A stretch of DNA of 64,000 nt from Candidatus Kapaibacterium sp. (lineage in GTDB: Bacteria; Bacteroidota; Ignavibacteria; Kapaibacteriales; UBA2268): the NCBI GenBank assembly GCA_963665665.1, contig OY762428.1:2112001-2176000 (forward strand), read 5' to 3'. The notes under the pieces are model-generated. The model worked only from the letters and a program-made list of their open reading frames with translations. It was not told the DNA's origin and did no database searches. A program made the translations under genes and the position numbers. Shown here one piece after another: positions 51,617-62,323 of this stretch (positions are counted from its first letter, which is position 1; every line of letters starts with the position of its first letter).

Positions 51617-52367
51617 GATTATGCTCCGCGAGATGTGGGAAGGATCCAATATGAACAAATGCTTTTTGCAGTTCATTCTGGTGCAGGGCTTTTTCGGACG
51701 GGCCAAAACTTATCTGGTATTTGTTAATAAGCAGGGCGGTTCTGGCGTGGTGGAATGCCGTGGCCCAGTTGTGAGTTACCATAACAATAGTTGTGCCTTT
51801 TTCCTGGTTGATTCTGTCAATCAGGTGGTTCAGGGCTGTTTCACAAACCATATCCACTCCTGTTTCAGGTTCGTCAAGCATAAGTATCTTCGGGTTTCTG
51901 ACTATACCCCTTGCAAGATAAACTCTTTGCAGTTCGCCTCCGGAAAGGGAATTCAGCTGCCTTTTCCATATTTTCGCGGCATCAACCTCCTCCAGGGCCT
52001 GAAGGGACCTGTCTTTTAATTTCCCGCTGATTCTGCCAGGCCAGGTATTGGCCAGGCCGCTGGCAACCAGGTCTATCGCCCTTGCCGGAAAGCTCCGGTC
52101 CAGGCTTTTAAACTGTGGAACATAGCCTATTGTGCCGGGCCCGGAATCATTAACCCCGGAACCAAAAATCTTTATCTTTCCTTTGCTGACATTGTTAATC
52201 CCCAGAATAGATTTTATCAGTGTTGTTTTCCCGGAACCATTTGGCCCGACAATTGCAAGAAAATCGCCGGCCGGCAAATCGAAATTAATATTTTCCAGCG
52301 CAGTATGATTCCCGAATTTGATAGTCAGGTTTTCTACGCTCAGGGCCTGTTGGCTTTTAATATCCAT
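51609..52367 (-). CDS. znuC: Zn/Mn ABC transporter ATPase
   Basis: GPNGSGKTT, IGYVPQ, LSGGELQRV.LAR, LDEP. Confidence 0.9.
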   Translation of the reverse strand: MDIKSQQALSVENLTIKFGNHTALENINFDLPAGDFLAIVGPNGSGKTTLIKSILGINNVSKGKIKIFGSGVNDSGPGTIGYVPQFKSLDRSFPARAIDLVASGLANTWPGRISGKLKDRSLQALEEVDAAKIWKRQLNSLSGGELQRVYLARGIVRNPKILMLDEPETGVDMVCETALNHLIDRINQEKGTTIVMVTHNWATAFHHARTALLINKYQISFGPSEKALHQNELQKAFVHIGSFPHLAEHNHE

Positions 52368-52370
52368 TGC

Positions 52371-53243
52371 TTATAATCCCAGGGCTTTCTTAAAAGTTCT
52401 GGCATTATACAGAATTATATCCGTATATTTTTCCCTTCCCTGCTCCCCTCCGAGCGGGTCAAGAATAAATACCCGTGTACCGGAAGCTTCAGCAAGTATC
52501 CTTGCGGGGCCGTCAGGCAATTGGGGTTCTGAAAATATTGCTTTTACCTGGTTTTTCTTTAGCTCCTTTACCATTGCGGAAATAAAGACGGGGGTAGGTT
52601 CCTTACCGGGTGCCGGTTCAATCGATCCGCCGTACCTTAATCCGTATCTTTGCAGGAAATAGAGAAATGACGGGTGGAAAAGATAAACTTTTTTACCCTT
52701 AACATCAGAAATAATTTTTTCAACCTGCCGGTTCAGAAGGTTCAGCCTTTTAGCAAACAGATCAGCATTCACTTTATATGTTTTAGCATTCTCAGGATCG
52801 TATTTGGCCATGCTGTCTGCAAGTGCCGGAAGAATTGCTTTAACGGCAAGCGGATCGGTCCAGAAATGCGGATCGGCAGTACTGTCATTATTTTTAAAAT
52901 ACTTTCCGAAGAGTATTTTCTTGTCATCTGGCAGCAGTTTGATTAGTTCTATTTTGTTTTCAGATTCCATATTTGCAGCCCAGCCGTCGGCGTGGTCCGA
53001 AATAAAGAATAGAGCCTTTGCCCCGGCGGTAATCCTTGCATCCGACGGCGTAGGCGAATAAGTATGAGGTGAATCGCCCACTTTCATGAGCATTTTTACT
53101 TCAGCTTTAGTACCGGCAATTTCTTTAATTATCTGGTAAACGGGGTTAGCCGTAGCAACAAATACTGGTTTTGCCCCCCTGGCAGAACATGAGATCAGCA
53201 ATAACACAGACAATAAAAAAATTGTAATATTCTTCTTAATCAT
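52371..53243 (-). CDS. znuA: Zn/Mn ABC transporter substrate-binding lipoprotein
   Basis: SPHTY.PTP, DPHFWTDP, FHPSF.YF, LDPLGG. Confidence 0.9.
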   Translation of the reverse strand: MIKKNITIFLLSVLLLISCSARGAKPVFVATANPVYQIIKEIAGTKAEVKMLMKVGDSPHTYSPTPSDARITAGAKALFFISDHADGWAANMESENKIELIKLLPDDKKILFGKYFKNNDSTADPHFWTDPLAVKAILPALADSMAKYDPENAKTYKVNADLFAKRLNLLNRQVEKIISDVKGKKVYLFHPSFLYFLQRYGLRYGGSIEPAPGKEPTPVFISAMVKELKKNQVKAIFSEPQLPDGPARILAEASGTRVFILDPLGGEQGREKYTDIILYNARTFKKALGL

Positions 53244-53573
53244 ATCTTCACCGGGTAAATTTGTTCACTATTATTCAATTAATATTAAATTATCAAACAA
53301 TCATTATTCAAAACAACAAGGCAAATTACAAAATTATTGCCCTGAATTTACTTTTATTAGCCAAAATATTAATTATTTTATAAAATAATACATTTTTATT
53401 GACAAATGACGTGGTTTTTAGCTAACTATTGGTTTTTTGGTATAGTTTATGCTTAAAATTAACTGAATATTAGCACTATTTCTCTCATCAGGAGAAATTT
53501 GCGTATTTTTTATCATGTAAATTCATTTTTTTACATGAAATAATTGTGAAAAGAAAATTAATTTAATATATTA

Positions 53574-56540
53574 TTGTTAAGAATTATGACATTGTATATA
53601 AATAGTATGTATAGAAAAACCGGAAAATTGATATTAGCTGCCCTGTCAGGATTAATCCTGGCATTTCCCGGTTTTCTTTCTGCCCAGACAATTCCGGCCA
53701 GCCCGGCTAACTGGCTGTTTCCGGACGGCAACGCACAAGGCACAAGAAGGACTCTTGTCCGGTCGTCCATACAGGAACTGGATTCAATAAAAGTAAAATG
53801 GTCAACGCCCTCAATTTCAGGCGATGTGAAACCATTGATAGGCAATGTGATAAATAATAACAAAATATCCGGGGGATTTACATACGGCCCAAATGAAATT
53901 ACTGCCGTGATGGGTGATAAACTTGTGGTGGTTGATGCTATGGGCAGAACTCATCCTAAAGCGCAGCTTCCCGCATTTGTAAAAAATGTGAGCGTGCTAT
54001 TCGATTCGCTTGCAACCACTGTTGGTGAACTGACCACAAGGCATGTTGTAATGGGCCTGGAAACAATTGAGTTCGAAAATCTTGACGATAGTCTTGCTTT
54101 TGCTTACATTGCAGGTTATAATTCATCAGCGGATACAGTTGGCATTCTTAAACGCCTGGCAATCGACCTTAGGGATTACGACCCGAATATCTTTGCAAGC
54201 ATCAAACCCGTGATGGGGCGCAGGCGCGGAAATAACACTCTTGTTTATGCTACCGTTAACATGTCCGAACCCCAGGTTGGAACTTCCTCGCCGGGTACGG
54301 CTCCTTTTTTCAGAGGTTTTACACAGTTCAATACCGGTAGTATGCTCTTTGATTACCCGCTTCCGGATGTTGGCGATGATTTTGATTCAAGGATTACACT
54401 CGGGCCGGAAGTTGGTTTTGCTCAGCCATCGTTCTCATCAAAAAATGGCGATGCTAATATTATACTCCCCAATTACCCGACAATGACAATTGACGTTACA
54501 ATAGACAATCTGGTAACCGACCCGACATATCCGAATGAATCCTATTTATTCGGGTTTGACGTTGCCGGCGCTTTGATTAACGAAGGTATTTATCCCAGGC
54601 CAATGTCCTCAATGACTGATCCTCTTGGGAATCGCCCGGTAATCAGGCCATATTATGTAGATATAAAAGATGCCAGGAACGGCGACAGTATTTTTATTCT
54701 TGTTTCCGAGGGATATAAAGGAATTGAAGGTTCCGAGGGTACGGCCCGCCTTCACCTTTATAACACGGACGGTGATGCAATCACTCTTCCGACCGATGTT
54801 GATATAGCCCCGCCGTTTATCGGGGGTGAAGATCACGACTGGTCGGTGGCCGTAGGAGATGTTGACGGTAATTCGTCCAATGAGTGGCTACCGTATTTCC
54901 CGAATAATGCAGGCAACGAAATAATTGTTTCGCAAAGTACCAGGGAGTTTGCATTCCCCGGAAATAAAGTTTATATTCTCAGATATTACAGCGGTTCGGA
55001 AATTGACAAACCTTCTCCGCCAAATACATATCTGTACCACCTGGATACACTTGCTTCGCAAAGGATAAACGGCTGGGTAGCCGCCGTGAACGATCTTGAC
55101 GCAGACCCCGACGGGAAGGAAGAAATTCTCCTTGTTGACGGTTCCAAACTTACAGGCGTCAGGCTTAGGGATTATGATTCCTACGAGTTCAGAATAGGCA
55201 GGCCATTCGATACTGTATTTACGTTCGATTTTAATATGCAGTCCATTTCATCAGTTGCCGTGGCGGATATGGAGGGCGACGGCATGAATGATATTATCGT
55301 TACTACTTACGACAGTACTTATGTTATAGGTACGGTAATGATCGATATTATTAATGTCATTGAACCTTCGGACAGCGCTTCCTATTGTGCCGGGGATACA
55401 ATTCTATTCAAATGGGAAAACCTGATGATGGGCCAGGACTATGTAAATATCAGCTTCGAGGCTGTAACTCAGATTAGCGGAACTGTTACCGGACTTGATA
55501 CAATACTTATTGAAGAAAACTACCCGAACAATGCCGATACCGTGATGTATGAATATGTGGCATCGGATGAATTATTCGGTAAATCTGGAAGAATAATTGT
55601 TGCCAGCTCGTATAATCCAACGAAAGTTTCCGATGAATCAGCATCATTTACAATATACGGCCCGGTTTGTATCACTGATACTCTTCCTAAAAGAGAATAT
55701 CAGGTGGGTGAACTTATTGAATTTACCGGCATGCATTCCTGCATTGATTCGGTAAGTATATTTACAAGCTACAGTTCCTCAACGTTCTGGGATTTGCAAT
55801 ACACTGGCGAAATAAATACCAGCGGAACATTTTCAATAGCTGCGGCCTTGCCGAGCGCCACGTTTTTCGAATGCCTGAGCGAAGATCCGGACAGCCTGCT
55901 TAATATCAATCTTGTCGGATTCAGAGATAGTTTCAGGGATACTTCACAAACGCATACTATCAGGCTTCATCCGGCTCCATTTCCTGTTACATGGGATACA
56001 AGCGAGACTTCCTGCCCGAACTTCCTCTTCCATTGGGACCCCATGGATATTGACTATCTTTGCGATTCCGTTTCAATTTCCGTATCTGTTAACGGAGGAA
56101 CAAGCTGGACTTGGATTAACACTGCTGCAGCGAACGAGCATCCATACCTGTGGCGAATACCCCTTGCATTGCCGGACAGCATTCTGATGCGCTTCTGCTG
56201 CGAGAATTCATGCGTCAGGACGGACACAATAATAAAAAATTATCAGCCAAAATATATTGACATTGTTTCCCCGAACCCATTCAGTCCCGTAAACGAGGAA
56301 CTGACTATTTGCTATAAAGTTCCGGAGGAAACAAACGTAACTATCAGAATTTTTGACGCTGCCAACAGGATAATTGCAGAACCTGTTAGAAGCCAGCCGA
56401 GAAATCCGGGTACGGCTTATTGTGATACCTGGAACGGCTACACTGCCAACGGCTCGCCGGCGGCAAATGGTATGTATTACCTGAGCATTGAATTTTCAAA
56501 CGGATCAAAAGAAATCTATCATGTGTTTATTAGAAAATAG
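53574..56540 (+). CDS. Large secreted protein with FG-GAP-like repeats and C-terminal FlgD-Ig/T9SS-like domain
   Basis: Signal peptide; VGDVDGN, DLDADPDGKEEI, ADMEGDGMNDII; SPNPFSP...WNG....G.PAANGMYY. Confidence 0.78.
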   Translation: MLRIMTLYINSMYRKTGKLILAALSGLILAFPGFLSAQTIPASPANWLFPDGNAQGTRRTLVRSSIQELDSIKVKWSTPSISGDVKPLIGNVINNNKISGGFTYGPNEITAVMGDKLVVVDAMGRTHPKAQLPAFVKNVSVLFDSLATTVGELTTRHVVMGLETIEFENLDDSLAFAYIAGYNSSADTVGILKRLAIDLRDYDPNIFASIKPVMGRRRGNNTLVYATVNMSEPQVGTSSPGTAPFFRGFTQFNTGSMLFDYPLPDVGDDFDSRITLGPEVGFAQPSFSSKNGDANIILPNYPTMTIDVTIDNLVTDPTYPNESYLFGFDVAGALINEGIYPRPMSSMTDPLGNRPVIRPYYVDIKDARNGDSIFILVSEGYKGIEGSEGTARLHLYNTDGDAITLPTDVDIAPPFIGGEDHDWSVAVGDVDGNSSNEWLPYFPNNAGNEIIVSQSTREFAFPGNKVYILRYYSGSEIDKPSPPNTYLYHLDTLASQRINGWVAAVNDLDADPDGKEEILLVDGSKLTGVRLRDYDSYEFRIGRPFDTVFTFDFNMQSISSVAVADMEGDGMNDIIVTTYDSTYVIGTVMIDIINVIEPSDSASYCAGDTILFKWENLMMGQDYVNISFEAVTQISGTVTGLDTILIEENYPNNADTVMYEYVASDELFGKSGRIIVASSYNPTKVSDESASFTIYGPVCITDTLPKREYQVGELIEFTGMHSCIDSVSIFTSYSSSTFWDLQYTGEINTSGTFSIAAALPSATFFECLSEDPDSLLNINLVGFRDSFRDTSQTHTIRLHPAPFPVTWDTSETSCPNFLFHWDPMDIDYLCDSVSISVSVNGGTSWTWINTAAANEHPYLWRIPLALPDSILMRFCCENSCVRTDTIIKNYQPKYIDIVSPNPFSPVNEELTICYKVPEETNVTIRIFDAANRIIAEPVRSQPRNPGTAYCDTWNGYTANGSPAANGMYYLSIEFSNGSKEIYHVFIRK

Positions 56541-56583
56541 ATATTAATAACAATTATATAATATTAAAGTTAAGGTTATCGCT

Positions 56584-57270
56584 ATGAGAATATTAGTTGT
56601 CGAAGACGAAAGAAAAGTAGCCAGCTTTATAAAACACGGGCTGGAAGAGGAACGCTACATTGTTGAAACTGCCCCCGACGGAATTTTAGGGTTGGAAATG
56701 GCAATGAACAATCCTTTTGACGCTATTCTTCTTGATGTTATGCTTCCCGGTAAAGACGGGTTTACAGTACTTAAAGAACTCAGAGACGCCGGGGTATCCA
56801 CACCAATAATGATGCTTACCGCCCGGGGTACAACCGAGGACAGGGTGGCCGGCCTGGATATGGGCGCCGATGATTATCTTGCCAAGCCCTTTAGTTTTGA
56901 GGAGCTTGCGGCAAGGCTGCGCTCGATACTGCGCCGTTCAAGCCCGGAAAAATCCACCAAACTCCGCTGCGGGGACCTGGTTCTGGATACTGTTTCGCAC
57001 CTCGCTTACAGGTTTGGTAAGGAAATTGAACTTACAACAAAGGAATATGCCCTGCTGGAATACCTGATGAGGAATAAGAACAGGATACTCAGTCGCAGCA
57101 CGATTACTCAGCACGTTTGGAAGCATAATTTCGATCCTGAGTCAAATATCATCGATGTTTATATCAAGCGCCTGCGTTCAAAAATCGAGAACAACGAATC
57201 GCGCACTTTGATACAGAGCATCAGGGGCGTGGGTTACCGCATGAGGGAAATCCCGATGGAAGAAGAATAA
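56584..57270 (+). CDS. OmpR-family response regulator (CusR/CzcR-like), no adjacent kinase
   Basis: ILVVEDE, LDVMLPG.DG, GADDYLAKPF, LT.KEY.LL, IDVYIKRLR.KI, RGVGY. Confidence 0.95.
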   Translation: MRILVVEDERKVASFIKHGLEEERYIVETAPDGILGLEMAMNNPFDAILLDVMLPGKDGFTVLKELRDAGVSTPIMMLTARGTTEDRVAGLDMGADDYLAKPFSFEELAARLRSILRRSSPEKSTKLRCGDLVLDTVSHLAYRFGKEIELTTKEYALLEYLMRNKNRILSRSTITQHVWKHNFDPESNIIDVYIKRLRSKIENNESRTLIQSIRGVGYRMREIPMEEE

Positions 57271-57489
57271 CATATTGATTTCAATTGATTTATTTATTCA
57301 TCCGACAACTTTAAGTTATCGGATGATTTATATTTTATAGCATTGTGGGGAGGAGTGTTTTGAATAGTACGGGTTCAAATTGTTGGAGAATTAATATTCA
57401 ATTTCAAGTTGATTCCCGATAATTGGTTTGTTACTATTTCCTTCTGATTTCATTATAAACTGAAAAACATCTTGTTCATCTAATTGCCA

Positions 57490-58527
57490 TTATTTAATGA
57501 TTTTCCAAAAGCCTGCTTTGTCGCTACCTATACGTTCAATTATGCCCTTCTCTTTAAGCTCTTTTATTCTTCGTTTTGCAGTACTCAGGCTAATATTTAA
57601 TCTCCTGCTGATTTCAGCGGCTGTTATTTTGTTATTCTGCTTTATCAAATTAAATACAGTGTCATTTACAGTGTCATTTTGCTGATTTACAGTGTCACTT
57701 ACTGCGCCACGGTAATGAATGTGCATTTCCCGGTTTTTAAGCAAGTGATTCTCTTTAAGAACTAAGTTATTCAGGAAACGTATAAGAAAATCCTCAGTTT
57801 TATGAATATCATTAGATAAATCTTCGTAATTGGCTCTTACAAGGGCATTACGAAAATACCAGGAATGTTCGGCAAACAAATCATTGTTAACATCTTTAAA
57901 ACCAAGTTTGCGAAGATATTTGATTAAAAAAACTGCCGTTGTTCTTGTGTTGCCTTCGCCGAAAATGTGAATCTGCCACAGATAAGAAATAAAATGTGCG
58001 ATATGCTCTATGATTTCATATTCGCTCAGACCTTTGTAGCTGAATTTCCTTTCCTGTTCAAAATCGTAATCCAAAGTATCTTTCAAACTATCGGCGCTTG
58101 CATACAAAACTGTTTCACCATTCAATATCCATTCTTTTTTAGTGATATTGTAATCCCGGATTTTTCCGGCATGACAATATATACCCCGAAACAACCTGCG
58201 ATGAATTGTAAGGTATTCTACAGGCGAGAATGTAAAGGTTTTTTCACTCAATATTTCTGTAATACTTGCCGAAACTTTGTCGGCTTCCTCAGTACGGGAT
58301 TCATCATTTATTGCGGGGCGCTGATTGTAATAAGTTTCTATAAGCTGTTTTACATCCTGAATACTTATATCGCCTTCTATATTCTGCCTGGCTGTTTCTA
58401 TCAGGTAGTCAGATGGTTTCAGCCCGTCAACTTGTTGCAGCCCAATAGCTGTTTTCCAGACTTTTGCTTTTTCTGCTTTATCCGGCTCGCCCTGCCGTAT
58501 GTATTCTTCAAAATTATCCATCGTCAA
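57490..58527 (-). CDS. Fic-domain protein with N-terminal VbhA-like segment and C-terminal wHTH
   Basis: AIGLQQVDGLKPS, HIFGEGNTRT Fic motif, DTVN linker repeats, IERIGSDKAGFW. Confidence 0.9.
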   Translation of the reverse strand: MTMDNFEEYIRQGEPDKAEKAKVWKTAIGLQQVDGLKPSDYLIETARQNIEGDISIQDVKQLIETYYNQRPAINDESRTEEADKVSASITEILSEKTFTFSPVEYLTIHRRLFRGIYCHAGKIRDYNITKKEWILNGETVLYASADSLKDTLDYDFEQERKFSYKGLSEYEIIEHIAHFISYLWQIHIFGEGNTRTTAVFLIKYLRKLGFKDVNNDLFAEHSWYFRNALVRANYEDLSNDIHKTEDFLIRFLNNLVLKENHLLKNREMHIHYRGAVSDTVNQQNDTVNDTVFNLIKQNNKITAAEISRRLNISLSTAKRRIKELKEKGIIERIGSDKAGFWKIIK

Positions 58528-58779
58528 AACTAAGAAAATTTTATTGGATCGGTTCTTCTTTTGTTAGTTTTATTTCAATTTTAATTTATTGCTGCAATCT
58601 ATATTGTTAGAAGTAAACAGGTTCCATTCTCAGATATTCAGATTATCTCTTAAATTCCTGAATATACGAAATAAATTACCAAAGGCAACAGTTAATATGG
58701 TACTGTTTAGCGCTGCTATCAAAATCTCATTCGTCAGGGCTCAAATTCACTTTTGTCACTTGTTCAGTTTCTTTTCGAA

Positions 58780-59805
58780 TTATTTATTTTCTTGAACAAA
58801 TCCCTGATTTTGAACAGGAGTATTTCCATTAGGAATTGATTGAAATGCTCGGTAGAATATCATCTTTTTGTTTTTATCTATTCCATAATACAAATCAGCA
58901 ATTTTGTTATGAATCTCGTCGCATTCATTTTTAAGACTTTTTTTATCATTTAAATTAATTGAAGTTGTGTATTGAATCATTGGGAAATAACCTTCATTCA
59001 TTCCTTGAGGGTAAATATTGAAAATCATGGGTTTAGTTTTAACATAATCAACAGTCATTGGAAAAGAGAATTTATTGTTAATATCAGCCATTACTTTTTG
59101 TCCGAATTCCTGTATTTCTTTTTCCTTCTGATATTGCCATAATTGGCTTGCAGGTTTAAGTAATTGATTTGCTAATACTACATTGTTTCCGGCATCTATC
59201 AGGTATCCTTTAGCATAATTCTGGCGAGCAGTTTGATACCAATCAAAAGCATCTTTGTCCATAATTCTTAATGTGCCAACCTGCATAATATTCAATTTCC
59301 AATCATTACCATATTTTCCATAAACGAGAGTTAAACTTGTTTGATTCAAATCATTATCAAAGTATCCAACCGAAACAAATGTTTCGTTATTCAAAGCATT
59401 AAAACTAATGATATAATCATGATTGCCGGATATGCCAGTCATTACATTGGTCAGAGCATTTGAAGATGAGTTTTTCTGATAGAATTCATTTAATATTTTA
59501 AAATCCTCATGTGAAAAACTTTGCCTTGTCTTTTGAATAAGCCCTTTCAAATCGTTCCTGCTCCGTTCTAACAGCTTGTCACTCATAATATTATATACTT
59601 TATCGGGATTATTACTTACAAATCCATCGATAATTTCATAGTTTAGTTTGTGTATCTCTTTTTTAATTTCGGTATCTATATTAGCATCTTTCCAAGTTCC
59701 TCCAGTATTGCAACTTGTTATAATAATCGGTAGGGCAAATAAGATTGAAATAACCTTTCTCATATTTTTTCTTTCATTCTTCATTGATTGTGTAAATCTT
59801 ATCAA
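58780..59805 (-). CDS. Hypothetical lipoprotein
   Basis: Lipobox ITSC; AT-rich 341-aa ORF, likely start at MRKVIS. Confidence 0.7.
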   Translation of the reverse strand: MIRFTQSMKNERKNMRKVISILFALPIIITSCNTGGTWKDANIDTEIKKEIHKLNYEIIDGFVSNNPDKVYNIMSDKLLERSRNDLKGLIQKTRQSFSHEDFKILNEFYQKNSSSNALTNVMTGISGNHDYIISFNALNNETFVSVGYFDNDLNQTSLTLVYGKYGNDWKLNIMQVGTLRIMDKDAFDWYQTARQNYAKGYLIDAGNNVVLANQLLKPASQLWQYQKEKEIQEFGQKVMADINNKFSFPMTVDYVKTKPMIFNIYPQGMNEGYFPMIQYTTSINLNDKKSLKNECDEIHNKIADLYYGIDKNKKMIFYRAFQSIPNGNTPVQNQGFVQENK

Positions 59806-60084
59806 TTAGTAAAACTCATTCCTATCCTGAATATACTTTTTTTCAACAACTTCACAAACATCACACTAAGCCTGATTACTTCGGTCATATTCCCCATAAC
59901 AGTACTGATCTTTAAACTTATTTCTAAATATACAAAATAAATGAATATTAAACCATAATAAAATCATAGCCCTGAATAAAAAAATCTCCTACCCCCGCCC
60001 AAAAAATACTTCAAACCATTCTGGCAGTATCCGAATTTCCAGCTTATTTCGCTACAATGAATATCTTTATTATCCTAATCCTCA

Positions 60085-60170
60085 TTTTTTGCAGTACTCA
60101 AACTAATATCTAATCGCTTGCTGATTTCAGCGGCTGTTATTTTGTTATTCTGCTTTATAAGATTAAATAC
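60085..60170 (-). pseudogene. Relic second copy of the fic 3' (wHTH) region
   Basis: TTTTGCAGTACTCA..CTAATAT.TAATC.C.TGCTGATTTCAGCGGCTGTTATTTTGTTATTCTGCTTTAT..ATTAAATAC nearly identical to about 57573-57657. Confidence 0.8.
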
Positions 60171-60491
60171 ATGAAAATATTTCATTTGACCTGATGATCC
60201 GTGTTTTTTGCTTAATCCTTGTAATCATCCGGCAGGAGAACTCTTAGCCCTGTTAGTATATATTTTTTTGTAAATTTTTTAATGTTTATTTCAAAACAGT
60301 TGATTTCTGTAATAAAATTGTTGCAAAATTCATAAAAAGGTCTTAGTTTAATAAGTGACAACACAAATGATACATGATACATTTTATTAGTTATAAATAA
60401 CTGATAATCAGGAAATTTAGAACGAACAGAAAAAAAAGACCAATAGCGCGGCATAAGACCAGAATTATTATTGATATATGGTAAGGCGCGT

Positions 60492-62309
60492 ATGAAAACT
60501 ATTATTATCGGCGGTGGAAAAGGTTGCAGGTCTCTGCTTGACCTTACAAGGAGTTCTTTTTTAAAGGAAATGCACTTAGATGTTATTGCCGTTGCCGATA
60601 TAAATTATGACGCCCCGGGAATGGTTTATGCCCGAGAGAACGGAATAAAAACTTATACTGATTACCAGGAAGCTATTTCGATTCCTTTGCTTGAAGTTGT
60701 GGTAGAACTTACCGGCAGAGATTTATTCCGGGACAAACTCTATAAAAACATTGGCCCCGGTATAAAGGTAATTGACCACACTATTGCCAAGCTCTTCTAT
60801 GAAATTGATAATGCCCGTATGGCCCAGGAACGCCAGCTGTTTGAAATGAAAGAGCTGGAAGTAATGCTGGACAAGGAAAGGTATTTTCTTCAAAGTGTTT
60901 TCGACAGCCTTCAGGACCTGGCTGTTGTTTTGGACAGAGGCCATAAATTACTAAGGGTAAACAGGAAATTTGCTGAGTTTTGTGGTATTACTCCAACAGA
61001 AGCTGTAGGCAAAACATGCTTTGAAGTGCTGGACATGACGGGCCTTGCATGCGAAGAAGACCTTTCCAGGTCGAGATTGGAATCCGTATTCGAGAACAAG
61101 GCTACAGTCAGCTTCCTGAAGATAACGCCACCGCCAAATGAAAATTACTGGGAGATAACAAGAGCCCCGATATTTGATAAATCAGGCAAGGTTGTGGCGG
61201 CGCTTGGTACATGGCACAGAATTACAGAAAGAATTAAACTATCGCATGAAAAGCAGAGCGCAGAGCAAAAATTTAAAAGTTTTATCTATTCGGCTCAGGA
61301 CTGGATATCAATTAAAGACAGGGATGGCAGATATGTAATTGTAAATCCTGTTGCAGCCAATGCACTTAAACTTAAACCTTCCGATTTCGAAGGCAAATTG
61401 CCTGATGAAATACTGCCGCCGGAACTTTTGAAAACAGTGAAAAGGCATGATAAAACAGTACTTGAAACACATCAGCCGCATGAGTTCGATGAAATAATTA
61501 ATATTGACGGCAAAGCACATCACTTCCATGCCGTCAGGTTTCCGCTTACAGATTACAAGGGCGAGGTGATAGGTGTTTGTACTATCCAAAGGGATAACAC
61601 CAAAGAGATAAAACTACAGGAACAGCTTATCCAAAGCGAGAAACTTGCAGCTCTTGGCAAGCTTGCTGCAGGGGTTGCCCACGAAATTAATAATCCGCTG
61701 ACCGGGATTCTTGCCTATGCCGAGGACCTGATAGAAGAAATGCCGGAGCAGAAGGAGTATGTTGACGACCTGAATGTTATCGTCCGTGAAACTCTCAGGT
61801 GCAGGGATATTGTTCGAAATCTTCTTGACTTTGCCAGGCAGGACAAACCAAGGCTTGAAAGCGAAAAAGCAAATGATATTATCGATAATTGTGTTATGCT
61901 TGTGGAAAGGCTTCCGCAATTCAGGGATATAAATCTTGAAGTAAAGAAGGAAAATAATATTCCGCTAATAAAGTGCGATCCCAAGCAATTGCAGCAGGTA
62001 TTACTGAACTTTATGCTTAATGCCGCCGAAGCAATGAAATACAGGGGCAATATCAGCATTATCACAGAATCGGATTTAAGGGAAGGCAATTGCATAATTT
62101 CCGTAAAAGATAACGGCCCGGGAATACCGGAAAACCTGATAGATAAAATATTTGAACCCTTCTTTTCAACGAAAGGCACAAATGGCCTGGGGCTGGCTGT
62201 TAGCTGGGGAATTATTGAAAGACACAGGGGAACTATCGAGATAGATATGGCTGAAGGCGGCGGTGCAATATTTAAAATTAAATTACCGCTGCAGTATGAT
62301 AAAATTTAG
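60492..62309 (+). CDS. Cytoplasmic NtrB-type histidine kinase with N-terminal Rossmann-like domain and two PAS domains
   Basis: IIIGGGKG..., VADIN.DAPG; PAS_4-like repeats; SEKLAALGKLAAGVAHEINNPL, FEPFFSTK, GLGL. Confidence 0.9.
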   Translation: MKTIIIGGGKGCRSLLDLTRSSFLKEMHLDVIAVADINYDAPGMVYARENGIKTYTDYQEAISIPLLEVVVELTGRDLFRDKLYKNIGPGIKVIDHTIAKLFYEIDNARMAQERQLFEMKELEVMLDKERYFLQSVFDSLQDLAVVLDRGHKLLRVNRKFAEFCGITPTEAVGKTCFEVLDMTGLACEEDLSRSRLESVFENKATVSFLKITPPPNENYWEITRAPIFDKSGKVVAALGTWHRITERIKLSHEKQSAEQKFKSFIYSAQDWISIKDRDGRYVIVNPVAANALKLKPSDFEGKLPDEILPPELLKTVKRHDKTVLETHQPHEFDEIINIDGKAHHFHAVRFPLTDYKGEVIGVCTIQRDNTKEIKLQEQLIQSEKLAALGKLAAGVAHEINNPLTGILAYAEDLIEEMPEQKEYVDDLNVIVRETLRCRDIVRNLLDFARQDKPRLESEKANDIIDNCVMLVERLPQFRDINLEVKKENNIPLIKCDPKQLQQVLLNFMLNAAEAMKYRGNISIITESDLREGNCIISVKDNGPGIPENLIDKIFEPFFSTKGTNGLGLAVSWGIIERHRGTIEIDMAEGGGAIFKIKLPLQYDKI

Positions 62310-62323
62310 AGAAAGGGGCTGCC

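Noticed and set aside
57573-60170. Diversity-generating retroelement TR/VR pair
   Set aside because: No reverse transcriptase in the window, and the differences are not confined to adenines.
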